A stretch of 64,000 nucleotides of DNA from Calidithermus chliarophilus DSM 9957 (GTDB lineage Bacteria; Deinococcota; Deinococci; Deinococcales; Thermaceae): positions 74,844-138,843 of the forward strand of contig NZ_KE387026.1 in the NCBI RefSeq assembly GCF_000430045.1. The letters are read 5' to 3'. Of the stretch, positions 10,171 through 19,641 are shown one piece after another. The notes beneath the pieces are model-generated. The model was given only the letters and a program-made list of their open reading frames with translations. It did no database searches and was not told where the DNA came from. The translations under genes and the position numbers were made by a program. Positions within the stretch are counted from its first letter, which is position 1; every line of letters starts with the position of its first letter.

Positions 10171-11100
10171 ATGGAGCAGAGCACTGAAAAACCCAAACAC
10201 CTCCTCGACTTCCAGGGCTGGAGCCGGGCGCAGGTCGAAAGCCTCTTCGAGACCGCCCGCATGATGCAGGAGGTGCTCGAGCGCCCCGTGAAGAAGGTCC
10301 CGGCCCTCACCGGCTTCACCGTCGCCACCGTCTTCTTCGAGAGCTCCACCCGCACCCGACTCTCCTTCGAGCTCGCCGCGCGGCGCATGTCGGCCGACGT
10401 GCTGAGCTTCAGCGGCGCGACCTCCTCGATGGCCAAGGGCGAGAGCTACAAGGACACCCTGCTGACCCTCGACGCCATGGGCATCGACGCCTACGTGATC
10501 CGGGTGGACGCCGCCGGGGTGCCCCACCAGGCCGTGAAGTGGCTGGGTAAGCCCGTGATCAACGCGGGCGACGGCTGGCGGGCCCACCCCACCCAGGCCC
10601 TGCTCGACGCCTTCAGCCTGCTCGAGCGCCTGGGAACCCTCGAGGGCAAGAAAATCGCCATCGTGGGCGACATTCTGCACTCCCGCGTGGCCCGCTCCAA
10701 CGCCGAGCTGCTCCCCATGCTGGGCGCCGATGTCTGGCTGTGCGGCCCCGCGACCCTGCTGCCGGGCGAGTTGCCCAAGGCCCGCCTCACCACCGACCTG
10801 CGCGAGGCCCTGCAGGACGCCGACGCGGTGATGGCGCTGCGCCTGCAGAAGGAGCGCATGGACAAGGGCCTGCTGCCGAGCGAGCCCGAGTACATCGCCG
10901 GTTACCAGATCACCCGCGAGCGCCTGGGCTGGGCCAGACCCGACGCCCCCCTGCTGCACCCCGGCCCCATGAACCGCGACCTCGAGCTCGAGGGCACCCT
11001 GGCCGAGTCCGAGCGCAGCCTGGTCGAGCGGCAGGTCGCCAACGGGCAGGCGGTGCGGATGGCGGTGCTCTACCACCTTCTGGTGGGGAGAAGGGGCTGA
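10171..11100 (+). CDS. pyrB: Aspartate carbamoyltransferase catalytic subunit
   Basis: STRTRLSFELAARRMSADVLSF and HPTQALLDAF motifs; GGAG 8 nt upstream of ATG 10171 (alternative ATG at 10150). Confidence 0.9.
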   Translation: MEQSTEKPKHLLDFQGWSRAQVESLFETARMMQEVLERPVKKVPALTGFTVATVFFESSTRTRLSFELAARRMSADVLSFSGATSSMAKGESYKDTLLTLDAMGIDAYVIRVDAAGVPHQAVKWLGKPVINAGDGWRAHPTQALLDAFSLLERLGTLEGKKIAIVGDILHSRVARSNAELLPMLGADVWLCGPATLLPGELPKARLTTDLREALQDADAVMALRLQKERMDKGLLPSEPEYIAGYQITRERLGWARPDAPLLHPGPMNRDLELEGTLAESERSLVERQVANGQAVRMAVLYHLLVGRRG

Positions 11101-11102
11101 CG

Positions 11103-11165
11103 GCCGATAGCTCGTCGCCAGTAGCCGGAGAACCCTGTGCTATCGGCTATTAGCGATTCGCGCGC
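11103..11165. repeat. GATAGC-type hexamer/inverted-repeat intergenic element
   Basis: ccgatagctcg...gctatcggctattagcg; related tracts at 25530-25600, 55780-55810, 58956-59045 and 61585-61620. Confidence 0.5.
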
Positions 11166-11180
11166 GACGAAGGAGCGCTA

Positions 11181-12497
11181 ATGAAAGGTGAACTGCTCAT
11201 CAAGAATGTCCGGCTGCTGGACAGCCGGGGCGAACACGGCAAGGCCGACGTGCTGATCGGCGAGGGGAAGATCCTGGGGCTCGAGGGCGGCGACGCGGAG
11301 CGCGTGCTCGAGGCGGACGGGCTGGTGCTCACGCCGGGGCTGTGCGACCCCCACGCCCACCTGCGCGAGCCGGGGCAGGAGGTCAAGGAGGAGCTGGCGA
11401 CGGGCCTGCTGGCCGCGCTGCGCGGGGGCTACACCGACGTGGCGTCCATGCCCAACACCACGCCCCCGGTGGACACCCCCGAGGCGGTGATGGCGCTGGT
11501 CGAGAAGGCCCGCAACCTGGGCTACGCCCGGCTCTACCCGGCGGCAGCCCTCACCCAGGGCCAGGAGGGCAAGCTCCTCACCGAGGCCCGGCTGCTCAAG
11601 GAGGCCGGGGCCATCATGCTCACCGACGACGGGCGCACCAACGAGGACGCGGGCGTGCTGGCGCTGGGCCTGAGCTACGCGGCGAGCTGGGGCCTGGTGG
11701 TCTCGGTCCACGCCGAGGACGCGGGGTTGCGACGGGGCGGGGTGATGAACGAGGGCCCCCTCTCCTACCGGCTCGGCCTCCCCGGCAACCCGGCGGCGGC
11801 GGAGGCCGCCCGCATCGCCCGGGACCTCGAGATCGTCCGCTACGTGATGTCCCGTAGGGAGGGCCAACAGCCCTCGACCCTTCTGCACGTCCAGCACCTC
11901 TCGACCCGGCGGGGCCTCGAGCTCATCCGCCAGGCCAAGGCCGAAGGGCTGCCCGTGACCACCGAGGTCGGGCCGCACCACCTCACCCTCACCGACGCCG
12001 CCCTGGAAAGCCTCGATCCCGTCTACAAGGTCGCGCCCCCGCTGCGCACCCAGGGTGACGCCGAGGCGCTGATGGCGGGGCTGCTCGAGGGCACCATTGA
12101 CTGCATCGGCACCGACCACGCCCCCCATACCCTGGCCGAGAAGGAGCAGGATCTGCTGCGCGCCCCCTTCGGCATCGCCAACATCGAGGTGGCCTGGCCG
12201 CTGCTCTACACCGAGCTGGTGCTGGGGCGCGGCTTCCCGCTGCCCACGCTGCTCGAGCGCTTCACCGACGGCGCCCGCCGCGTGCTGAGCCTCCCCCCCG
12301 TCCGCCTCGAGGCCGGCGCCGAGGCCAGCCTGATGCTCTTCGACCCCCACAGCGAGCGGGCGGTAAACCCCGCCGAGTTCGCCTCCAAGGCCAAGTTCAG
12401 CCCCTGGGCGGGCTGGAAGCTGCAGGGCTGGCCGGTGATGACGCTGGTGGAAGGGCGCGTGGCCTGGGCGCACGAGCGCCTGGGCGTGGGGACTTGA
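11181..12497 (+). CDS. pyrC: Dihydroorotase
   Basis: [14 protein letters not shown]...[14 protein letters not shown] metal-binding HxH motif; 438 aa. Confidence 0.9.
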   Translation: MKGELLIKNVRLLDSRGEHGKADVLIGEGKILGLEGGDAERVLEADGLVLTPGLCDPHAHLREPGQEVKEELATGLLAALRGGYTDVASMPNTTPPVDTPEAVMALVEKARNLGYARLYPAAALTQGQEGKLLTEARLLKEAGAIMLTDDGRTNEDAGVLALGLSYAASWGLVVSVHAEDAGLRRGGVMNEGPLSYRLGLPGNPAAAEAARIARDLEIVRYVMSRREGQQPSTLLHVQHLSTRRGLELIRQAKAEGLPVTTEVGPHHLTLTDAALESLDPVYKVAPPLRTQGDAEALMAGLLEGTIDCIGTDHAPHTLAEKEQDLLRAPFGIANIEVAWPLLYTELVLGRGFPLPTLLERFTDGARRVLSLPPVRLEAGAEASLMLFDPHSERAVNPAEFASKAKFSPWAGWKLQGWPVMTLVEGRVAWAHERLGVGT

Positions 12498-12563
12498 AGC
12501 CACGCGGCGTAGGCCAGGCGCAAAACGCGAGACGCCGGTGGTAGGGGCACCCCTGGGGGTGCC

Positions 12564-13640
12564 CTACCTCTTGACGATGAGGTCCTGGACGCGCTCGAGC
12601 CCCTCCCGCTCGAGGTAGGCCAGCAGCCCCCGGTTGATCCGGCGCGGCAGCATCGGGCCCTCGTAGATGAAGCCGGTGTAGACCTGCACCAGGCTGGCCC
12701 CGGCCCGCAGCCGCTCGAGCACGTCCTCGGCGGTGAAGATGCCGCCGACCGAGATCACGGGGATGCGCACCTTGAGCTCCTGGGTCAGGTACTTGAGCAC
12801 CTCGAGCGAGCGGGCCGCCAGCGGCCTCCCCGACAGCCCGCCGCTCTCGAGGGTGGCCGACCTGAGCCCCTCGCGGCCGACGGTGGTGTTGGTGGCGATC
12901 AGCCCGGCGACGGGGTAGCGGTCCACCAGTTCCAAAATCTCGTCAATTTGGGCCCAGGTGAGGTCGGGGGCGATCTTGAGCAGGACGGGCTTGGCCTGCG
13001 GCTGGGCCTTGGCGAAACCCCCCACCGCCGCCAGCAGTTCCTCCAGCCGCTCGCCCTCTTGCAGCGCCCGCAGGCCCGGGGTGTTGGGCGAGCTGACGTT
13101 GATGACGAAGTAGTCGCCGTAGGGCCAGAGCTTGCCCAGGCTCTGCAGGTAGTCCTGGGGGGCCTGCTCGAGCGGCGTCACCTTGGACTTGCCCAGGTTG
13201 ATCCCCAGCGGAGCCCTGAGCGAGCCCCCTTGCTGGGACAGCGCCGCCAGCCGCTGCGCCACCGCTTCGGCCCCCTCGTTGTTGAACCCCATGCGGTTGA
13301 TGAGGGCCTGGTCCTGGGGGAGGCGGAAGAGGCGGGGCTTGTCGTTGCCGGGCTGGGGCAGCGCGGTCACGCTGCCGATCTCCGCGAAGCCGAAGCCCAG
13401 CGCGGGCCAGACGGGCACGGCCCGGGCGTTCTTGTCGAGCCCGGCCGCCAGGCCGACGGGGTTGGGGAACCTCAGGCCCAGGCACTCGACCTCGAGCCGC
13501 CGGTCCCGCACCGCGCAGCAGGCCGAGATCAGGCCGAGCGCCGCCGGGCGCTGGCCGCTCCAGGCCAGCCACCGCATCACCCGGTCGTGAACGGCCTCGG
13601 GGTCCTGCCGGAAGAGCAAGGGTTTGACCAGCGAATACAC
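12564..13640 (-). CDS. pyrD: Dihydroorotate dehydrogenase (quinone), class 2
   Basis: MYSLVKPLLFRQDPEAVHD resembles the E. coli PyrD N-terminus; FMN barrel motifs (GFNNEG, KIAPDL). Confidence 0.85.
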   Translation of the reverse strand: MYSLVKPLLFRQDPEAVHDRVMRWLAWSGQRPAALGLISACCAVRDRRLEVECLGLRFPNPVGLAAGLDKNARAVPVWPALGFGFAEIGSVTALPQPGNDKPRLFRLPQDQALINRMGFNNEGAEAVAQRLAALSQQGGSLRAPLGINLGKSKVTPLEQAPQDYLQSLGKLWPYGDYFVINVSSPNTPGLRALQEGERLEELLAAVGGFAKAQPQAKPVLLKIAPDLTWAQIDEILELVDRYPVAGLIATNTTVGREGLRSATLESGGLSGRPLAARSLEVLKYLTQELKVRIPVISVGGIFTAEDVLERLRAGASLVQVYTGFIYEGPMLPRRINRGLLAYLEREGLERVQDLIVKR

Positions 13641-13661
13641 GCGGCCAGGATACCCTTCGGC

Positions 13662-14327
13662 TCAGGCGTTGGGCAAAGCCCGCACGCCCAGGTTGGCGAT
13701 CGCCCGGTGGTAGGTGGGCTCGAGGTCGCCGGGGTGGCTGACCCCGACGCGCAGGGTGCGCAGGTGCCCGTCCGAGAGGCCGTAGATCCAGCCGTGCACG
13801 GTCACCCGCTGGTCCCGGGCCCAGGCGTCCTGGATGATCGTGGTGCGGCAGACGTGCGCGACCTGCTCGATCACGTTGAGCTCGCACAACCGGTCGACCT
13901 GCTCGGCCTCACTCGGGAGCGCCAGCACCAGCTCGCGGTGCTTCTGGAATACGTCCTGCACGTGCCCCAGCCAGTTATCGACCAGGCCCAGGCGCATCCC
14001 CAGCAGCGCCGCCCGCACCCCGCCGCAGCCGTAGTGCCCGCACACGATGATGTGGCGCACCTTGAGCACGTCCACGGCGTACTGCATCACCGACAGGCAG
14101 TTGAGGTCGCTGTACACCACCACGTTGGCGACGTTGCGGTGCACGAAGAGCTCCCCGGGCAGCAGGCCGACGATCTCGTTGGCGGGGACCCGGCTGTCCG
14201 AGCAGCCGATCCAGAGGTACTCGGGGTTTTGTTGCCTCGAGAGCTTGAGGAAGAACTCCGGGTCCTGCTGCCGGATCTGCGCCGCCCAGCGGCGGTTGTT
14301 CTCGAACAGATAGTCGAGGGAGCCCAC
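13662..14327 (-). CDS. can: Beta-class carbonic anhydrase
   Basis: CSDSRV...HYGCGGV zinc ligand motifs. Confidence 0.85.
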   Translation of the reverse strand: MGSLDYLFENNRRWAAQIRQQDPEFFLKLSRQQNPEYLWIGCSDSRVPANEIVGLLPGELFVHRNVANVVVYSDLNCLSVMQYAVDVLKVRHIIVCGHYGCGGVRAALLGMRLGLVDNWLGHVQDVFQKHRELVLALPSEAEQVDRLCELNVIEQVAHVCRTTIIQDAWARDQRVTVHGWIYGLSDGHLRTLRVGVSHPGDLEPTYHRAIANLGVRALPNA

Positions 14328-14556
14328 GCGGCTATTTTAAGCTCCCGTCATAAGGAAGGGTGTCCCCGGGGATAAACCGGTCGAGGCTTGCCGGGGTTCT
14401 CCTCGTCCGTTTCCCAATTGGCGGGGTTGTTGAGGACGTGCTCGCAGGTAGTTGCAACCCGATCGGGCGCCGATGACGTTCGTCCGGGTCGTACCTCACT
14501 CAAACCAATAACATAGACCCTCCCCAAGAAGGGAGGGTCTGGCGGGGCCTCGAGCC

Positions 14557-16074
14557 CTACCGCACCTGCGGGAAGCCCAGGTCCACCTTGGAGGTGCTGG
14601 GGTCGGGCCAGCGGCTGGTGACCACCTTGGCGCGGGTGTAGAACTGCACGCCCTCGGGGCCGTACATGTGCAGGTCGCCGAAGAGGCTGGCCTTCCAGCC
14701 GCCGAAGCTGTAGTAGGCCACGGGGACGGGGATGGGCACGTTGATGCCCACCATGCCCGCCTCCACGTCGAACTGGAACTGGCGGGCCGCGCCGCCGTCG
14801 CGGGTGAAGATGGCGGTGCCGTTGCCGTAGGGGTGCTCGTTGACGAGCTTGAGGGCCTCCTCGTAGGTCTTGACCCGCACCACGCCCAGCACCGGGCCGA
14901 AGATCTCGTCGTCGTAGCACTTCATGCCCGGCTGCACGTTGTCGAGGAGCGAGGTGCCCAGGAAGAAGCCTTCACGCTGGCTCACCGCGTCCTGGCGGCC
15001 GTCCACCACCACCGTCGCGCCCTCCTTGGGGGCGTTCTCCACGTAGGAGGCCACCTTGTCGCGGTGCTCCTTGGAGATGAGGGGGCCCATCTCGTTGCCC
15101 TCCTCGAGCCCCGGCCCCACCTTGATCTTGGGCATGCGCTCCTTGATGGCCTCGATCAGGGGGTCGGCCACGTCGCCCACCGCCACCACGACCGAGATCG
15201 CCATGCAGCGCTCGCCCGCCGAGCCGTAGGCGGCCGAGACGGCGGCGTCGGCGGCCATGTTGACGTCGGCGTCGGGGAGCACGACCATGTGGTTCTTCGC
15301 CCCGCCCAGCGCCTGCACGCGCTTGCCGTTCTTGGTGCCGGTCTCGTAGATGTACTTGGCGATGGGGGTCGAGCCCACGAAGCTCACGGCCTTGACGTCG
15401 GGGTGCTCCAGGAGCCGGTCCACGGCCACTTTGTCCCCGTGCACCACGTTGAACACGCCGTCGGGCAGGCCCGCTTCCTTGAGCAACTCGGCGAGGTACA
15501 TGCTGGCCGAGGGGTCCTTCTCGGAGGGCTTGAGCACGAAGGTGTTGCCGCAGGCGATGGCGTTGGCGAACATCCACATCGGCACCATCGCGGGGAAGTT
15601 GAAGGGGGTGATGCCCGCCACCACGCCCAGGGGCTGGCGGATCTGGTACACGTCGATGCCGCGGCTAGCCTGTTCGGAGTAGCCGCCCTTGAGCAGGTTG
15701 GGGATGCCGCAGGCGAACTCGACGTTCTCCAGGCCGCGGGCCACCTCGCCCAGGGCGTCGGGGAGGGTCTTGCCGTGCTCGAGGGTGATGAGCTCGGCGA
15801 TCTTCTTGCGGTTGGCGTCGATGAGCTCGCGGAACTTGAACATGATCTCGGCGCGCCGCGAGAGGGGGGTTTGCCGCCAGCTCTTGAAGGCCTCCCGGGC
15901 AACGGCGACGGCGTGGTCCACCTCCTCCACGCTGGCGAAGTCCACGGCGGCCTGCTGGGCCCCGGTGGCCGGGTTCCACACCACCCCGCTGCGCCCGGAG
16001 TTCCCCTCCACGACTTTCCCGCCGATCCAATGCGACACGCGCTTGATGCCGACCTCAGGTTCTCTGACTGCCAT
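14557..16074 (-). CDS. mmsA: Methylmalonate/malonate-semialdehyde dehydrogenase (CoA-acylating)
   Basis: Aldehyde dehydrogenase family; N-terminus MAVREPEVGIKRVSHWIGGKVVEG; AGGAGG RBS immediately upstream of ATG 16074. Confidence 0.85.
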   Translation of the reverse strand: MAVREPEVGIKRVSHWIGGKVVEGNSGRSGVVWNPATGAQQAAVDFASVEEVDHAVAVAREAFKSWRQTPLSRRAEIMFKFRELIDANRKKIAELITLEHGKTLPDALGEVARGLENVEFACGIPNLLKGGYSEQASRGIDVYQIRQPLGVVAGITPFNFPAMVPMWMFANAIACGNTFVLKPSEKDPSASMYLAELLKEAGLPDGVFNVVHGDKVAVDRLLEHPDVKAVSFVGSTPIAKYIYETGTKNGKRVQALGGAKNHMVVLPDADVNMAADAAVSAAYGSAGERCMAISVVVAVGDVADPLIEAIKERMPKIKVGPGLEEGNEMGPLISKEHRDKVASYVENAPKEGATVVVDGRQDAVSQREGFFLGTSLLDNVQPGMKCYDDEIFGPVLGVVRVKTYEEALKLVNEHPYGNGTAIFTRDGGAARQFQFDVEAGMVGINVPIPVPVAYYSFGGWKASLFGDLHMYGPEGVQFYTRAKVVTSRWPDPSTSKVDLGFPQVR

Positions 16075-16163
16075 TTCGACCTCCTGGATGCTCAGGCTTG
16101 TGGGTGAAGGTAGGGTTGGTGGGTGCTCGAGTTGCCTCATGGTAGAACCCGGGGTGGGGCGGT

Positions 16164-16182
16164 GCAATGGACAATGTGTCTA
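16164..16182 (-). promoter_or_regulatory. Conserved operator-like motif GCAATGGACAatGTGTCTA upstream of mmsA
   Basis: Shares GCAATGGACA-N2-GTGT with the sites at 18389-18407 and 37112-37130; lies ~90 bp upstream of the mmsA start. Confidence 0.55.
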
Positions 16183-16235
16183 GACGAACGCCCGGCCGGC
16201 CGGCCGGGCGCTTTCTCACGGGACTGGATGCCCTC

Positions 16236-16363
16236 ATACCCGATTCGGTTAGTTCGTCCCCGAACGGCGGCGGGCTGAAAGGGCCGAAGGGAGGGCTCTG
16301 GGATTCAAAAAGATAGCCTCCGGGGCTCTTCGGATCGGATGATGATCTTTTTGAATCCGGTAT
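16236..16363 (-). mobile_element. MITE copy 1 (ATACCGG TIR family), reverse orientation, flanked by TCA/TCA
   Basis: TIRs TACCCGATTC...GAATCCGGTA; direct TCA on both sides; the right end overlaps the hemerythrin stop codon. Confidence 0.75.
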
Positions 16364-16794
16364 CAGGCCGCGCCGACGGGGGTACGGCCTCGCAATTGCA
16401 CGTCGATGTTGCAGATGTGCCCCACCAGCCAGTTTTTCAGCGTCCCGTGCAGTTCGCGCAGCATCTCGACGCTGGCCCCTCCGCGCGCTTTGTGCTGCTG
16501 GGTGAAGTCGGCGTAGAGCGCCAGGAAGCGGTCGTGCGCCTCCTTGTTCTTGCGGGCGATGGGGCAGCCCCGCAGCGTCATGCACAGCTCCTCGTAGGCG
16601 AAGTGGGTGTTGACGTAGCTCTCCAAGAACACCAAGAGGTTGTCCACCTCTTCGCGGTCCGCGGGGCTGCCGGGCGGGGTGGACTCGAGCAGGCGCTCGA
16701 GGCGGTTGACGTAGCCGACGAGGTTGCGGTGCTGCTCGTCGATGCGGGGTTCGCCGGTTTCATAGCTCGTGTTCCACTCGATCGCCATAGTCAC
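16363..16794 (-). CDS. Bacteriohemerythrin (hemerythrin HHE cation-binding domain protein)
   Basis: IDEQHRNLV...HFAYEE...HIC motifs typical of hemerythrin; 143 aa. Confidence 0.8.
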   Translation of the reverse strand: MTMAIEWNTSYETGEPRIDEQHRNLVGYVNRLERLLESTPPGSPADREEVDNLLVFLESYVNTHFAYEELCMTLRGCPIARKNKEAHDRFLALYADFTQQHKARGGASVEMLRELHGTLKNWLVGHICNIDVQLRGRTPVGAA

Positions 16795-16847
16795 GCTCCA
16801 ACGAGGCGAGTGTGACGAAAATACCGGGGAGGAATGTCCCCGGTAAT

Positions 16848-16966
16848 ACCAGGTTTGGGTGGATAGCCTCCGATCGGAGGCTATCCACCCCGACCGAAGG
16901 GAGTGCCCTGGGCTTCACAAAGATTTACCTCTGACGGATTTGAAGAGTATCTTTGTGAAGCCGGTA
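16848..16966 (+). mobile_element. MITE copy 2 (diverged; TACCAGG...CCGGTA), flanked by TAA/TAA; adjacent 24-bp mini-palindrome TACCGGGGAGGAATGTCCCCGGTA at 16822-16845
   Basis: Internal ttcacaaagat...atctttgtgaa inverted core, homologous to the ttcaaaaagat...atctttttgaa core of the other copies. Confidence 0.6.
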
Positions 16967-16996
16967 TAACGCCGTCCTGGAGGGTTGTCCGGCCGC

Positions 16997-18334
16997 TCAA
17001 TCGGCCGCTACGGGCGTCCCCAGCATCTGATCCACGAGCGCCAGGCCCTCCTCGATGACGCTGAGGCCGTGCTCGAGCTCCTCCTGGTTGATCACCAGGG
17101 GCGGGCAGACCCACAGCATGTTGAAGCGGCTGAAGGCGTAGACGTGCTTGGACTTGACGTGCCCCGCCAGCTTCTGCATCTCGGGGCTGGTGCCGTTGAA
17201 GGGGGCCAGGGGCTCCTTGGTGGCCTTGTCGCGCACGAGCTCGAGCACGCTAAACAGCCCCTTGTAGCGCACGTCGCCCACGCAGGCGTACTTGCGCTTC
17301 ATGGCCTCGAGGCGCTCGGCGAGGTAGCGCCCCTGCACCTCGGTGTTCTCGAAGAGGTGCTCCTCCTCGTAGACCGAGAGGTTGGCGACGGCGGCGGCGC
17401 AGCTCACCGGGTGGCCGCTGTAGGTCAGGCCGCCCCAGAGCATGTTCTTCTCGAAGTAGTCGGCGATTTCCTGGCTCACGATCACGGCGCCCAAAGGCAT
17501 GTAGCCGCTGGTGAGGCCCTTGGCGCAGGTCACGATGTCGGGCTTGACGCCGTAGTGCTGGGTGGAGAGCCACTTGCCGGTGCGCCCGAAGCCCGACATC
17601 ACCTCGTCGGTGATGAGCAGGATGCCGTACTTGTCGCACAGCGCCCGCAGCTTGGGGTAGTAGTCGTCGGGGGGGACCAAGAGCCCGTTGGAGCCGGTGA
17701 TGCCCTCCACCAGGATCGCCGCGATGGTGTGCGGGCCCTCCATCTGGATGACCTCTTCGATGTGGCTCACGCACTCGCGGCGGCAAGAGTCGGGGGTCTT
17801 GCCGAAGGGGCAGCGGTAGCAGTAGGGGTCGAAGACCCGCACGATACCGGGGATGCCCGGCTCCACCGGCCAGCGGCGGGGGTCGCCGGAGGCGGTCATG
17901 GAGCCCATGGTCGCGCCGTGGTAGGAGCGGTAGCGGGTGATGATCTTGTCGCGCCCGGTGAAGAGCCGGGCCATCTTCATGGCGTTCTCGTTGGCCTCGG
18001 CCCCGCCCAGCGTGAAGAAGCTCTTGGCGAGGCCCGTGACCTCGGCCAGCTTCTTGCCGAGCTTCCCGCGCGGCTCGGTGGCGAAGGAGGGCCCGGCGAA
18101 GCAGAGCTCATCGACCTGCTTCTTGATGGCCTCGAGCACCTTAGGGTGCTGGTGCCCCACGTTGATGTTGATGAGCTGCGAGCTGAAGTCGAGCCACTTG
18201 TTGCCGTCGCCGTCCCAGAACCAAACCCCCTGGGCGTGCGTCATGTGGATGGGGTTCGAGGTGCTCTGCACCGACCAGGAGAAGAGGGTGTAGTCGCGGT
18301 TCTCCTGGATGACTTCCGACGAGGGACGTTCCAT
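16997..18334 (-). CDS. Class-III (omega) aminotransferase, probable beta-alanine:pyruvate transaminase
   Basis: PLP aminotransferase class III fold (GHQHPKV, CAKGLTSGYMPLG lysine motif); genomic context with mmsA and pyd genes. Confidence 0.8.
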   Translation of the reverse strand: MERPSSEVIQENRDYTLFSWSVQSTSNPIHMTHAQGVWFWDGDGNKWLDFSSQLININVGHQHPKVLEAIKKQVDELCFAGPSFATEPRGKLGKKLAEVTGLAKSFFTLGGAEANENAMKMARLFTGRDKIITRYRSYHGATMGSMTASGDPRRWPVEPGIPGIVRVFDPYCYRCPFGKTPDSCRRECVSHIEEVIQMEGPHTIAAILVEGITGSNGLLVPPDDYYPKLRALCDKYGILLITDEVMSGFGRTGKWLSTQHYGVKPDIVTCAKGLTSGYMPLGAVIVSQEIADYFEKNMLWGGLTYSGHPVSCAAAVANLSVYEEEHLFENTEVQGRYLAERLEAMKRKYACVGDVRYKGLFSVLELVRDKATKEPLAPFNGTSPEMQKLAGHVKSKHVYAFSRFNMLWVCPPLVINQEELEHGLSVIEEGLALVDQMLGTPVAAD

Positions 18335-18388
18335 AAGGACCTCCTGTGCCTTTGTTCCCCCAATGGTAGTCCCGGGAGGCGAGGGGAC

Positions 18389-18407
18389 GCAATGGACAGT
18401 GTGTAAA
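18389..18407 (-). promoter_or_regulatory. Conserved operator-like motif GCAATGGACAgtGTGTAAA upstream of the aminotransferase
   Basis: ~60 bp upstream of the start at 18334; the same decamer as at 16164 and 37112. Confidence 0.55.
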
Positions 18408-18453
18408 AGCCGGGGTGCTTGCCCAGCGAAATTAGGAGGGCATATTATGTCTC

Positions 18454-18951
18454 ATGCAAAACGGCGAGCCCCTGATCCGCCACGTCCTGACGACCTGGGA
18501 GGTCCACAACGGCATCCACCTCGCCCTCTTCGACGCCATCTCCCCCGCCGGCTTCGAGGCCGTGCCGCTGAAGTCGCGGGGGCGCACGGTGCTCGAGCAG
18601 TTCAACCACACCGTCTCGGTGCGGCTGGGCTGGGTGCAGTACCACCGCACGGGCAAGTTCCCCAGCCGCCGCACCCTCGAGCTGCCCGAGAACGTGCGGG
18701 AAGGCATAGCGCGGTCGGGGGAAGAGGTGCGGGCCTTCCTCGAGCAAGCCCTGGGGGGCGAGGCCAAGGTGCGCAACTTCGAGGGCAACCCGGTGCGCTT
18801 CATGGGCTACCTCATCTCGCACGAGTCGCACCACCGGGGCTCCGTCGCCCTGGCCCTCAAGCAGGCGGGCCTGAAGCTGCCCGAGGAGGTGGCGATGCAG
18901 GGCTTGTGGGGCCGGTGGATGTGGAAGTCGGGCAGCGGCGGCCAGGGCTAG
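18454..18951 (+). CDS. DinB/YfiT-like (DinB_2) metal-dependent hydrolase family protein
   Basis: HNGIHLA...LISHESHHRG histidine triad spacing typical of DinB_2. Confidence 0.7.
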   Translation: MQNGEPLIRHVLTTWEVHNGIHLALFDAISPAGFEAVPLKSRGRTVLEQFNHTVSVRLGWVQYHRTGKFPSRRTLELPENVREGIARSGEEVRAFLEQALGGEAKVRNFEGNPVRFMGYLISHESHHRGSVALALKQAGLKLPEEVAMQGLWGRWMWKSGSGGQG

Positions 18952-18961
18952 CCGAAGCTGA

Positions 18962-19259
18962 GCTTTCTACTCCCGGCCTGGCTCAACCCGCCGGCGAAGC
19001 CAGATGATGAATACCGCATTGGGGTCGGGTAGATATACCACGTTGTAGGGAAACTTCTTCATCTGCACGCGCCGAATCCCCACCGGGTGGATCTCGGGCG
19101 CGGCTTCGGGGACAGGTGGATGCCCGCCAGAAGCTCCCGGAAAGCGGCGACGAACTTCTGTCCCAGTCCTGGCGAAAGGTTCCGGTAGTGTTCGGGGGCT
19201 TGGATGAACTCGAGCCGAGCCTCAGGATGAAAAACCTCAGCCGAGCCGTGACTCGGCAT
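18962..19259 (-). pseudogene. ParE/RelE-family toxin, frameshifted (N-terminus in one frame to ~19120, C-terminus in the -1 frame ending 18962)
   Basis: N-terminal part MPSHGSAEVFHPEARLEFIQAPEHYRNLSPGLGQKFVAAFRELLAGI. C-terminal part in another frame AAPEIHPVGIRRVQMKKFPYNVVYLPDPNAVFIIWLRRRVEPGRE. Both resemble ParE. Confidence 0.5.
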
Positions 19260-19461
19260 CGCGCAGGACTTCCTCGACCGGAATTCCCTTCGCCTTGCCG
19301 CTGCGAAGTTCTTCAGCCCGGCGGACCGCCACCTCGAGCCAAGCCCGCTCGTACTCCTCGGGGCTGAGGTCTTCCAAGCTGTCAAGCAGCCACCGGGCCA
19401 GGTCAGCACGGTCTTTGTAGTCCAAGTCCAGGGCCTGCTCGAGCACCTGCTCCTTGCTCAC
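19237..19461 (-). CDS. Addiction-module antitoxin (TIGR02574-like, RelE/ParE partner)
   Basis: MSKEQVLEQALDLDYKDRADLARWLLDSLEDLSPEEYERAWLEVAVRRAEELRSGKAKGIPVEEV matches the putative addiction module component family. Confidence 0.7.
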   Translation of the reverse strand: MSKEQVLEQALDLDYKDRADLARWLLDSLEDLSPEEYERAWLEVAVRRAEELRSGKAKGIPVEEVLRDAESRLG

Positions 19462-19472
19462 GGGTTTGTTTT

Positions 19473-19631
19473 ATACCGGATTCAAAAAGATAATCATCCG
19501 ATCCGAAGAGCCCGGAGGCTATCTTTTTGAATCCTAGAGCACACCCCTCCCTGACGGTCGGCGAAGAAAGCGTATCCCTTCGGTCGGGTTAGTCCGTCAC
19601 CGTTCGGTGACGAACTAACCGAATCTGGTAT
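19473..19631 (+). mobile_element. MITE copy 3, flanked by TTA/TTA
   Basis: TIRs ATACCGGATTC...GAATCTGGTAT; internal palindrome gattcaaaaagat...atctttttgaatc. Confidence 0.75.
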
Positions 19632-19641
19632 TACGCTACCC

